DNA of 64,000 bases from Lytechinus pictus (taxonomy: Eukaryota): positions 15,378,001 through 15,442,000 of the forward strand of contig NC_087250.1 in NCBI RefSeq assembly GCF_037042905.1, read 5' to 3'. Shown here one piece after another: positions 53,125 through 64,000 of this stretch (position 1 is its first letter; each line of letters begins with the position of its first letter). The notes below the pieces were generated by a model that was given only the letters and a program-made list of their open reading frames with translations, was not told the origin of the DNA and did no database searches. A program made the position numbers and the translations under genes.

Positions 53125-53687
53125 TTTGTAATCTTGGAACATATAAGTTTGTGATCTTGGAACATATAAGTTTGTGATCTTGGAACATATAAGTTTGTGA
53201 TCTTGGAACATATAAGTTTGTGATCTTGGAACATATAAGTTTGTGATCTTGGAACATATAAGTTTGTGATCTTGGAACATATAAGTTTCTGATCTTGGAA
53301 CATATATAAGTTTGTGATCTTGGAACATATAAGTTTGTGATCTTGGAACATATATAAGTTTCTGATCTTGGAACATATAAGTTTGTGATCTTGGAACATA
53401 TAAGTCTCTTAATCTTGGAACATATAAGTTTGTGATCTTGGAAGTTGGAACATATAAGTTTGTGATCTTGGAACATATATATAAGTTTGTGATCTTGGAA
53501 CATATAAGTTTGTGATCTTGGAACATATAAATTTGTGATCTTGGAAAATACATGTACATGTAAATCTTGGAACATATAAGTTTTTTTTATCTGGAATGTT
53601 TTTTTATCTTGGAATATATATAAGTTTGTGATCTTGGAACATTAAAGTTTGTGATTTCGGAACATATAAGTTTGTGGTCTTGGAACA
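53125..53687 (+). repeat. 23-bp minisatellite (ATCTTGGAACATATAAGTTTGTG)n, roughly two dozen copies
   Basis: Period 23 (53131, 53154, ...), with no unique spacers. Confidence 0.95.
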
Positions 53688-56508
53688 AATGCAATGCCTA
53701 TCTCTGGCTGCTTCAGACGCATTGCACATGTAGGTACATGTATACAGTGTACCCGGTATGATTAGATTTGATTAGATTGAGGAGATTTCTTCAACGTAAG
53801 CGGAAAATGTGATCGATCGCGGAATGAGGTCATGTTTACAATTGCTCATTCACAACAAGTATTGGCGATTCCTAGTTCTACTTTTACCTTGCGTTCAAAG
53901 AAGTTTTTTCTTGATTTTCTTATAAACAAAGGCCTTTCTTTATTCCTATGTACATGTATCTTGGCTGCCCGCTGCCAAACAGGCTTCAATCAATAGGAGT
54001 GTGATTTGATTTTCATGATTTTCTTCTCTATTTTTTTGCAATTCAAATTTTGGAGCTTGAAAAATATTATTTCCCATGTTGGCCATGAAATATAGAATGT
54101 GAATCCTTTTTTTTGGTTCTCTGTATCGCTGAAATAAACCCTACTGTAGTGTAGTGTCCAGTGTATTTTGACCCACCATGGTATGGTCGATATGGTGACA
54201 CGACATATCCTCCTGCGACAATTGCTCCGGTCTTTATATCTCAGAAGGCATAGGGTTAGACTATAAAAGATTGTAGTAGAGCTTGTGGTTCAGAATGATG
54301 TAAAGATTAGGATTAGGGTTTATTTAGTTTTGGGGGTTATGTTTTATGTTTCGCTTAATGTGCAGATTTTCCATTAGAGCAGTTGTCGCCAGGGCGAATG
54401 TCAAGGAACCGGTCGGTACATTTACCCACAGTATGTCCATGATTTACCCGACTACCTGTGCCATATGATGTACAGTGTATCTATTTTCTCAAGTACTTGA
54501 CAAGGTAAATCAAGGATTCCTAAATTGGAACATCCAAATCAGATAGAGAGGGGGAGTATTCCATGAAGAGTTTTGACATTGATTTCACTGACTAAATCTG
54601 CTCTCAGCGGATCAGATGCAGGGATTTCAGTAGCTTATAACATCTGTTAAGTGCAAATCACTGACAGCCCTCTTCATGAAACTGTCCCCAGGTTGAAGTG
54701 GAGAAAGTCACCTAGCAGTTATAGAGCGAGGGGAGCATTTCATGGAGAGTTTATCCAGTGAATAATCTGCTCTAAGCCAGTTAGATGCAAGGATTTCAGT
54801 AGCTTATAACATCTATAGGTGCAAGTCACTCTTCATGAAAGGCTCCCTGTGTTGAAGTGGAGAAAGTCACTTAATCTGTTATGAGTCACAAGAATACTTG
54901 TCATGGAGGTAGTCAAGAGAAGCGATCCTCCCGCCTTTTCTCTGAAAGTTGCCAAAGATACAATCAAATGAAGATGTTGATATGCCCTTGCTGCCACTCA
55001 ATTCTGATGCTTGTCAGAACTTTGAGATGCAATCACTGGTGTGTTCACACTCCAACCATTTTGGGCTATGCTGTAGAATAGGCGTTTTTTAAAAGGATTT
55101 CACGTTTTGTACTCCTTTTCATACCAATAGGCCCTTCCTTTATATGCACTGCCAAATTAGCTTCAACTTTCACCTGATTTGTAGTGTAAATAATCCCTTG
55201 TAAAGATACGCATGACTTTATAAATGACTGAAATATCTAGTGCCAAAATGTGAACCCAAATGTTCATGACATTTTAAATAGTATTACAAATTTGTTTAAT
55301 TTGTAAAGAAAAAAAAAACAAATATCATATGCCCTGGAAAAAATGTATAACAATGAAAATGTTGTTCATCACCTGCATATATTCCAACTATAGCTTTTTA
55401 ATAGAAGGCAATTGAGAGACATATTCTAGCTTTGCTATATTCCACTTGTTTGCAAAAAGTTTGTTTGATCATTTATTTCACATTCACATAAAAATAGGTC
55501 ATTACAATATGGATACAATTATATACAAATGGATACAAATAAAAAAAATTCATCTAAAGAAATAACAGTGTCATTACAAATCCTTTCACATACAAAATTT
55601 AGCAGTTGGAAATGAAAAAAAGGAAAACTCAAATAAGGCCAAGTGGCCCTTATACGCAATACAATGAAGTATTAAGTTACAGGTACTGGAAAACATAAAA
55701 CATTGAAAAAAATAAAGAAAATATAACAAGCTATGAAAGTATACAAACAAGTTTCAGAAAGCAGCCGGGATCTGATGGTCAATCCAACATGAAATGGAAA
55801 TTTACTCAAAATTAACCCTAAATTCATTCTTTTTAATTTAATTCCTTTATGAGTGGACCTTTTCACCATTTAATATTCAGAGCTTGCACTCTCATGCTCT
55901 TGGCCTATATAGGTATTGTTCACTGTGAATGCAACAGATTAATGGCTATTTTTAAATGGAAAATGTCCTTGTCAAAAATTGGCAGCCATGATGGTATTGT
56001 CATGTAGGTTTTACTGTCTGTTGATGAACCCATGAATAAATGAAATCTACTTTTGATCTCTCCTCTTGATAAAAATATTGAGTTATTAATAGGATGTTCG
56101 CACAAGGCCATAACTCTTGCTGCCTGATAGGTAAAACAAGAATTAAAAAACAACTTGTTTCAATGTACATGTATGGCCAGGGGGCCGTTTCATAAAGCTG
56201 CTCGTAAGTTAAGAGCGACTTTAAGAACGACTGGTGAACCTTTCTTACGCGCTAAACCATCGCCAATGGTGTATACCATTTACCAAAAGAAAGGATCACC
56301 AGTCGTTCGTAAAGTCGCTCTTATCCTACGAACAGCTTTATGAAACACCCACCTGGCTTCATATGAAATAAGGCTTTAAAACTGCAAAGAGTAAAAAAAA
56401 TATATAGATACATGTATTTTAAACAGGACGGTGTTCAACAGTTTAACCTGTAATTTAAAAGCAAGGAATGATAGAAATTGAACATTGTTAGACATTTTTG
56501 TTTGTTAA

Positions 56509-57098
56509 AGGTCAAGTCCATCCCAAAAAATTTTGATTTGAATAAATAGAGAAAAATCAAACAAGCATTATGCTGAAAAATTTCATCAAAAACGGATGTA
56601 AAATTAGAAAGTTATGACATTTCACTTATTTTCACAAAACAGTGATATGCACAACTATGTGACATGCAAGTGAGACAGTCGATGATGTCCCTCACCTACT
56701 ATTTCTTTTGTTTTTTATTGTTTTAATTATACAATATTTCATTTTTTACAGATTTGACAATAAGGACCAACTTGATTGAACCATTTAGTTTTAACCAATG
56801 CTAATTGCACATGTTCGGGGAGGAATTAATCATTGTTTCACACGACAACAGGGAGAAAATTGGAATATATCATATTTCACATAATAAAATACAAAAGAAA
56901 TAGTGAGTGATGTCACCAGTCTCCTCATTTGCATACCGACAAGGATGTGAATATAACTGTTTTATGAAATTAAGCGAAACTTTAAAATGTCATAACTTTC
57001 TTATTTTACATCTGATTTTGATGAAATTTTCAGTGTTATGCTGGTTGGATTTTTCTCTTTTTATTCGAATCAACTTTTTTTTGGGGTGGACTTGTCCT
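56509..57098. mobile_element. TTAA-flanked Kolobok-like MITE, family A (inverted relative to 5036-5642)
   Basis: TTAA|AGGTCAAGTCCA ... TGGACTTGTCCT|TTAA. Confidence 0.88.
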
Positions 57099-59023
57099 TT
57101 AAAATTATTAAGATATGTGTTGTTCATGTAGCCAAATCAAAAGAATAACCATAAAGTAGGCCTACATGTATCTTGCATACAATACATGTATATATGCATG
57201 TATAGCATAGTGTGTTTAATTACCTAACGATATTGGCCTATATTTTCAAGCCTGTATTTTTATTGAGAAATTACTCAAAGTCTTCGAGGTGACACAATCT
57301 AATTACCTTGTAATTGAATTAACTCTAGTCTTTACATGGTTCATTCCTCAACCTTGAGAGATCTGTAAAACACACGACAGAACAAACAGGACAGAGTTCT
57401 GCTGCATTTCAGGCAACATCACTTTTCATGGAAATTATTATTCTTTCTCTGGTTGTTGTTGTCGTATTATGACTGTTCTTGATTTAGCTGTCATATTTAA
57501 TAGGCCTACCTCTTTTTTTCTTCAATTTTTCTAATTAGTCTTTTGTCCTTTTCTTTCTTTTCTTCTTGAACATGTTCTTGAACAGTCTAATTTCTCTTTT
57601 CTTTTGTTCTCCCAGTTTTTTTAATTTTTCTCCTTCTGCCATTATTTGTTTTCCTCTTGTTCAAGATGAAAGCAGTTAATACAGCCAATAGTCAATCTCA
57701 TTTGCCTTCCTGATTTTAGAAAATATTTGTAGGTATTAAAGGATGATCACCATCATCCTAGTAAAATAGGTTTGTAACAAATTTACTACCATTAAATAGG
57801 GGCCATGGACTTTTATTATGCTCATTTTAGTTTTATTGAATTCCTTGATGAGGTTTTTAAATTGCTTGTACATGTATACCAGCAAGTAATCAAGAAGAAA
57901 GTGCATGTTTACACCAGTGAGTGATATAATGAGAAGATTTGAGCTGATATGAGGATTGCCAGTTTGTCACACTGCTAAACTGACTCCAAAACAATCATTT
58001 CTCTTCCATTCATACTAGTGTCCTCATCTGTGCAAGTAAATTCCTTTGACCTTCCATTGTGACCTGGGTGCCGTTTCATAAAGCTGTTCGTAAGTTAAGA
58101 GCGACTTTAAGAACGACTGGTGATCCTTTCTTACGTGCAAAACCATTGCTAATGAATATACCATTTGCCATAAGAAAGGATCACCAGTCGTTCTTAAAGT
58201 CGCTCTTAACTTACGAACAGCTTTATGAAACACCCACCAGGGCCCTGTATTCACGTGCAAGTTTCAGTCATAATTTTCAAACAACTTTCAACTCCCTGGT
58301 ATAAGTTTAAGCTTATTGGAATTTGAAACATTTCATGCATGAAGCAAAAATTATTTTAAGTTTGATTTTGAACTCTTGTGTTATCGGGCCCACATCTGTG
58401 GGAGGACAATATCTACTGTACCCTATGCAGCTAATAAAGCAAGGCAAACAGGTCTTTAAAATGATTTGTGATATATTAAAGTTTAATGACAACTCTTATT
58501 GGTCTAAAGTGAGTAAAATTTAAAATTTGAACTGAACATATACGTAGGTCCTTCATACAAATTCACAATATCTCGTGTAGCACTGGGATTAATATTGAGG
58601 AAGTCCTCTAACTTTCATGAATGATGAAAGTTCATAAAAATTACTATTGATTGTAGATTCTTGTGATGCTAGGCCGTGATATTTTCAAATAAAAGGACAA
58701 TATACTTGTACTTTGCAAGGAAGTAATAACTCTCAAATTAAATGCATTCTGAACATACATGTACATGTATTATGATGTAGGATTTGTTCCTTGAATGCAA
58801 TTTGCTGGTACCTCCTTTCTTGGCAATGTTTGTTTTGATCCCACTGTTTTGACAAGATGTTTTTCTTCATCCATGCAAAAGTTATATGTGAGTCAAGGTA
58901 CAAGGTTGAACAGATACCTGGACTGTACTGTACATATATTTGAAGTGGTTGCATTGTGATCTGTACCTTCACTTCTTCAGAGTCAAATTTCTACGTTCAC
59001 ATCTTCGTAGCCGTTGTGGTGTG

Positions 59024-59143
59024 ATGCAATTTTTACGCTCCATATTTGGATTTATAATTGAGCCTTTATTTTGGCTTTGTTCTATGATGTGGTTGATAGA
59101 TATTGTTATGGATCTCCTTTGTTGCCTTGCTAAATTTATTCAG
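59024..59143 (+). CDS. Candidate alternative coding exon B (MQFLRSIFGFIIEPLFWLCSMMWLIDIVMDLLCCLAKFIQ)
   Basis: 40 codons, then CAG|GTATGT; phase 0 is compatible with exon 4. A possible acceptor TTCTTCAG ends at 58980. No homology evidence. Confidence 0.45.
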
Positions 59144-59267
59144 GTATGTATGTAGATATTTTTAGAGAATATTTTTCAAGTTAAGTACTGTAATTTGCTT
59201 CACCTATTGGTATCGGAGATGTGGTGAATGCACACTACAAAAATATTAAAGTTAACTCCACCCTCTT

Positions 59268-59525
59268 ATGGAAGCGTTATGGTGTTGAGGAAGGACATGA
59301 CTTTGTAGCATGTTTCTTTCAGCAAGAAATTTATCCATTGTGCTGCACTCAACCCAGGTAAAGTGAATGGGTACCCGCCAGGATTTATTTCTTGAATGCA
59401 CTGACCGCTGGAATTCAGCTTGAGATATTAAAAAGCGGTGGGGGGGGGGGGGGGTAATAGATATAGTGTGCTTCGGAATAGATTATTTTTAAAAGATCTA
59501 TACAAATGCCTATTACAATTATTAT
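59268..59525 (+). mobile_element. Degenerate SINE-like repeat (fragments also at ~41965-42045 and ~22872-22970)
   Basis: Shared core (GCACT)CAACCCAGGTRA.GTGAATGG in three places. The SINE classification is inference. Confidence 0.5.
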
Positions 59526-60434
59526 CTGTATCATAAAAAATAGAGATGTGTTCATACAACACCTGTTTATAAATAACAAAATTGTGTTATAAATACACTG
59601 ATGGGTGTATTGTTTAAATGTCTTTCTAGTGTATTATTAAGCCCAATGTCAGACTGGTGTTTCAACACTTCTCCAGATGGTAGTTTCCAATATACATGTA
59701 GATAATGGGCTGGTGTTAAGAAATAAGTGTAACACATCTAGTTCTTTTGTAGTGTCTATTTTTTGAGTTTTAGTGTTCAAGATGTGCCTACAGGGAATTG
59801 ATTTACACTGAATTTGTTAGCATTTTTATGGGGCGGGGGGGAGATTTCAACTCTACAGTCCTAATCATTCCTATTCACTGTAGCTGTTATACACAAAATA
59901 CAATTTAGTTGAAGCAGGAATTAGAAATGCAACATTGGCACTCTCGATGCAATACAGTCAAGGGACCTTTTCACGAAAGAAACCTCTTCCGTTCTGATAA
60001 TAAACTGCCCAAATCCTTGCGTTTGATTGGCTCAGAGCAAATTTCTTGGTGAAAATCACAGAAAAGAAGCTTTATGAAACAATCCCTAGGAGAGAGAGAG
60101 AACAGGGGAGTATGTCACAATCAGTGATTTAAAATGACAACTGTTATAAGCTACTGAAAACCTAGAATCTGATTTGCTCAGAGCAAATATGCCAGTGAAT
60201 ATCACCGACAAGAAGCTTCATGAAAGACTCCCCAGGATTTTAGCAATCGGATGAAAACAAACCGCATTATTGTCTCTTTTGGGAGCAATATTAATATTAA
60301 ATTCATCGGATTGAAATATATACTCCAACTGCTGGCTGGAGTATCATCCATCACTCTACTTCTAAATTGATTCATGATATCAGGCAAAATATCTCAGTGT
60401 ATGGGGATACTCACTCTCACCATAAATCAAACGA

Positions 60435-60925
60435 TTGAATTCCCTATGCATCCTATGAAAAAAAGTACAGCCTTCTACCTGCATTAAGGCTGCTGATCTA
60501 TTACTAATTGAATTCCCTATGCATCCTATGAATAGAAATGCAACCTTTCATGCCACGTTGTTCGTCGCTGCCTACACACCTGTAGTAAAGCTGCAAATCT
60601 GTTGAATTAATTCCCTTTTCGTCCTATGAATAAAAAGTGCAGCCTTCTACGCTACATTGTCCGTAGCTGCTTACGCACCTGTAATAATGCTGCAAATCTA
60701 TTATTCAACTTAAATTCCCTATAGATGCATCTTAAAGAAAACAGTTTCCACTGTCTACACTTTACACACAGATAAATGTACCTGCATCCCTACAGGTAAT
60801 AAGGCCACAAATCTACTATTAAAATTGAATTCCTGATGCATCCTATAGAAAAAAGTGCATCCCATACGTGACGTTGTCTATACAGATGCCTGCACGGCTG
60901 TAATAATGCTGCGAATCTATTATTT
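60435..60925 (+). repeat. Old diverged tandem repeat, ~70-115-bp units (about 5)
   Basis: Recurring AATTCCCTATGCATCCTATGAA ... GCTGCAAATCTA. Confidence 0.7.
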
Positions 60926-61589
60926 ACATGAAGGACACGTTTAATAATTCGTGACGTTACACCACCATCTAACCATCTATCAGCCCAGACCGCAGATGCG
61001 TGGCTAAAGGTTGGAGATGGATGGGCAAGGTTTTAAGGAAATTCATTCTGACCTTAAATGTGATATCTCTGCACCTGAGCAACAGACATAAAAAGTTTCA
61101 ATGTATATTCATTTAATTTTCTCAGTCTGGAAGGCCGAATTGCCATTGAATTCAATATTGATGCATTTTATGCAATAATGCACAAGGAATTTCAAACTAC
61201 AATGTCAATTTCAATTCAGATTTCTTTTTTCATTTATCTTCTACTAGTGATACAAACATACGAAATACAGATTTGAAATTAATTTGCATAGATTACGAGA
61301 CAAAAAATGCAATTAGAATGAAACATGTATAGGAAGTGAAGGGAAAACATTCAGTAACATTTGATACTAAAATCATTACAATTCATAAAAAGTTAAGAGC
61401 GACTTTAAGAATGACTGGTGATCCTTTCTTATGCGTTAAATAATCACCAGTGATCATTTAATGATGAATATCATTTACCACAAGAAAGGATCACTAGTCG
61501 TTCTTAAAGTCACTCTTAACTTGCAAACAGCTTTATGAAACGGCCCTCAGTAACTGATGATTCAATGTGGTTTTTTATTCTCTTTTCAG

Positions 61590-61658
61590 ACTCTGAAGTT
61601 AAATACAGAAGCCAGACAGGATGATGGAGACGTTCATAAACACAAACAACAACATTCA
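61590..61658 (+). CDS. ARHGAP39: ARHGAP39/Vilse-like, coding exon 4 (gene continues beyond the window)
   Basis: TTCTCTTTTCAG acceptor, GTAAGT donor; 69 nt, phase 0-0. Encodes TLKLNTEARQDDGDVHKHKQQHS, continuing the conserved LAKLQ-TLK.NTE motif. Confidence 0.9.
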
Positions 61659-62311
61659 GTAAGTATTCGGAACATCATTTTTTTGTGCTTTTTATCTACC
61701 GGGTATGACAATTTGTAAGATTTAATTATTACGAGTATATTTAAAGGCTAACATTTTATGATCATTTTTAATAAATCCAATTATTATTCATGCATGTATG
61801 AAATGCTATCTGTTGTTACGAACACCAAAAGCTAGTCTGTAGGCACAGACCCTAATTGATTTTTTTTAAATTAACAAGTGGGTCTTCATTATAAGACTAG
61901 CACAAACACAACTTGCTGTTTCTGTACACAAGTCATTGACAGGGACTTTAGGCTGCGTATTCAGACCACTTTCCTCGACAAAAAAAAAAACCGACAAAGA
62001 CATCCTTACTGCCACACTGCAAAAACACCGGTGTTGATTTACCACCAGCCCGGAATATGTATATATGTCCACACCAGAGAAATATTGAAACAACACCATT
62101 TTGGAATCAAATCCATGCTGTTTTAATTATATTTGGTGTTGTATAAACACCTATCTGGTGTTAGACCGAAACCAAACTGGTGTAGTTTAACACTTCTCTG
62201 GTGTGGACATATATAGATTCCGGGCTGGTGTTAAATCAACACCGGTGTTTTTGCAGTGCATAAAAGTTTACGGTACATGATTATAATCAAGGGCTGTGCC
62301 CAGGGATCCTT

Positions 62312-62694
62312 TGGCCAGGATTCACAACAGGTGGTTTTTAAAACCATCGGTTGAACCCATAGTTCATGCAGATTTCCTGTATAAATTACGCTTATTTACT
62401 GTGTATATTAAAAAATGTCCAATGCTGATGCATGCTTCTGTCACAGTACACCAAATTGACGCCTGTTGCCATGGTTAAGTATGCTATTTTATTCATGAGT
62501 CCACTGTTTTGAATTATTGAGTTCACTCTTCAAATAGTAGACTCATGAATAAAATAGCATATTTAACCATGGCAACAGGCACCAATTTGCACATCAGCAT
62601 TGGACATTTTTTACGCGGTAAATTATATAGGAAATCTGCATAAATCATGGATTCTATAAATGGTTTAAAAAACCATCTTTGTGAATTCGGGCCT
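62312..62694. mobile_element. Fold-back MITE with long inverted arms
   Basis: GGCCAGGATTCACAA ... TTGTGAATTCGGGCC; inner arms GCCTGTTGCCATGGTTAA / TTAACCATGGCAACAGGC. Confidence 0.8.
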
Positions 62695-62957
62695 TTGTGT
62701 CCGAGATGATGTTGCCTGCCACCATGGTTCCAGAGGGACGAAACTAGTCGGTTATTCAGCCTGTCTTAAACATTAAAAATGTCATGCTTCTACATGCTGT
62801 ATTTATTTGCACCTGAGCTTATTTTTTCTTAGATATTAATTAATACTTTGCTATGATTGGCATTGAGTGCCTTGGTGACAGCGTTGGTGATTTATGAATG
62901 AACAAAATAATGGTAATGATATCATTACTGTCATAATTGATCTTGAATATAAGAGAA

Positions 62958-63051
62958 TGATGATAATGTTGATGATTATGATGCATGATGATGCTGATGA
63001 TAATGCTGATGATGATGATGGTGATGATGATGATGATGATGATGATGATGT

Positions 63052-63101
<50 letters not shown>

Positions 63102-63105
63102 GTAA
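62958..63105 (+). repeat. (GAT)n microsatellite
   Basis: Direct observation. Confidence 0.95.
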
Positions 63106-64000
63106 TGGCAGGGATGAAGTTATGTCGGCAGTGACACTCCTCTCTAAAGGACTCCAATTATTGCCAAACCTAATAAAATACATTACCATTACAGCAACGT
63201 CATCGCCATCGACATCGTGAGGACAATCGCCACGCCCGCCACCACCATCACCACCATCATCAGCAAGGTCAACGGGGTCATCTCCATGACAACGAGAGGA
63301 TGGACGGTGATGGACAAGCTGAAATGGTCGGACAACCCGTAAGACAACGCAGGGCTTCCGACCAAGTAGAAAGGTAAGAACTAGGTTGTGTTTCACAAAG
63401 ACTTACAATCAATTACAGATTTCAAACAAATGTCTTCCTGTGATACGTGTACCTGCAAGAAAATGCAGGGCTTGTTCTGACAAGATGAAGTAAAGAGGTG
63501 AAATATGGGGAGATGTCGTATGAAAATGGCGATCTGTTTAAATTCAAAGCAGTGGTTCTGATAAAGAGATTTCTGTATAAAAGACAATGCTGGGCTTCTA
63601 TTTAGAGAGAGGTAGTGTTTCACAAACATCTACAATCAAATACCATCATCAAACAACTATTGTGATTGGTTGATACCTGTCAAACATGCATCTTTTCAGA
63701 CCAAGTAGATAGGTGAGGTCTAGGGTGTGGTTGATTAAGTTTGATTAAGTTGATTAAATCACAAATTCTGAATTCTGATCCAGTGATACTTGTAAAGCAG
63801 TGAATGGCTGTAAGACCAAGGGAGGGCTTTCAAGAAAGGACTTGACAGACGCTTTATCAGACATGCCCGTTTTATTTCAATATTACCATAGCAACTGTGC
63901 TTCTCAGTCTATCAAAATCAAGAAAAGATGTCAGATCTGGCAACATGTTGGAGAAAAAGGCTGATGAAATGCTCCCCAGGTAGAAAATAAAGATCTAGGG

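Noticed and set aside
53104..53687. Regular 23-bp repeat as a CRISPR array, or the 151-154 aa ORFs over it as genes
   Set aside because: Units are contiguous with no unique spacers, there are no cas genes, and the context is eukaryotic. The ORFs are translations of the minisatellite.
56155..58304. Recurrent peptide FHKAVRKLRATLRTTG as a small gene family
   Set aside because: It is the translation of a palindromic MITE, open on both strands.
62840..63396. Poly-D/S/I ORFs (also 41138-41440)
   Set aside because: Translations of (GAT)n microsatellites.

Overview
Eukaryotic, AT-rich, repeat-dense animal DNA; the repeat landscape suggests an echinoderm such as a sea urchin (inference, not verified). 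The window holds the 5' part of one + strand gene, an ARHGAP39/Vilse (WW-WW...MyTH4-RhoGAP) homolog. Its four coding exons (7227-7237, 11309-11410, 38416-38554, 61590-61658) splice in frame to [107 protein letters not shown], across introns of about 4, 27 and 23 kb. The rest is mostly non-autonomous DNA transposons (Kolobok/TTAA-, Harbinger-, Tc1/pogo-, Sola-, CACTA-, P/hAT- and Helentron-like), satellites and one LINE fragment. The most notable observations are: (1) pervasive TACATGTA/TACAGTA/TAGGCCTA words inserted at TA sites inside otherwise homologous repeat copies, resembling accumulated Tc1/mariner excision footprints; (2) 21-29 bp CATGGA...TCCATG micro-palindromes with 7-bp target duplications, resembling P-element footprints; (3) two candidate alternative exons that would replace the WW domains with hydrophobic N-termini; (4) a head-to-tail array of a Helentron-like element at 1-4392. 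Most ORFs in the supplied track are spurious.
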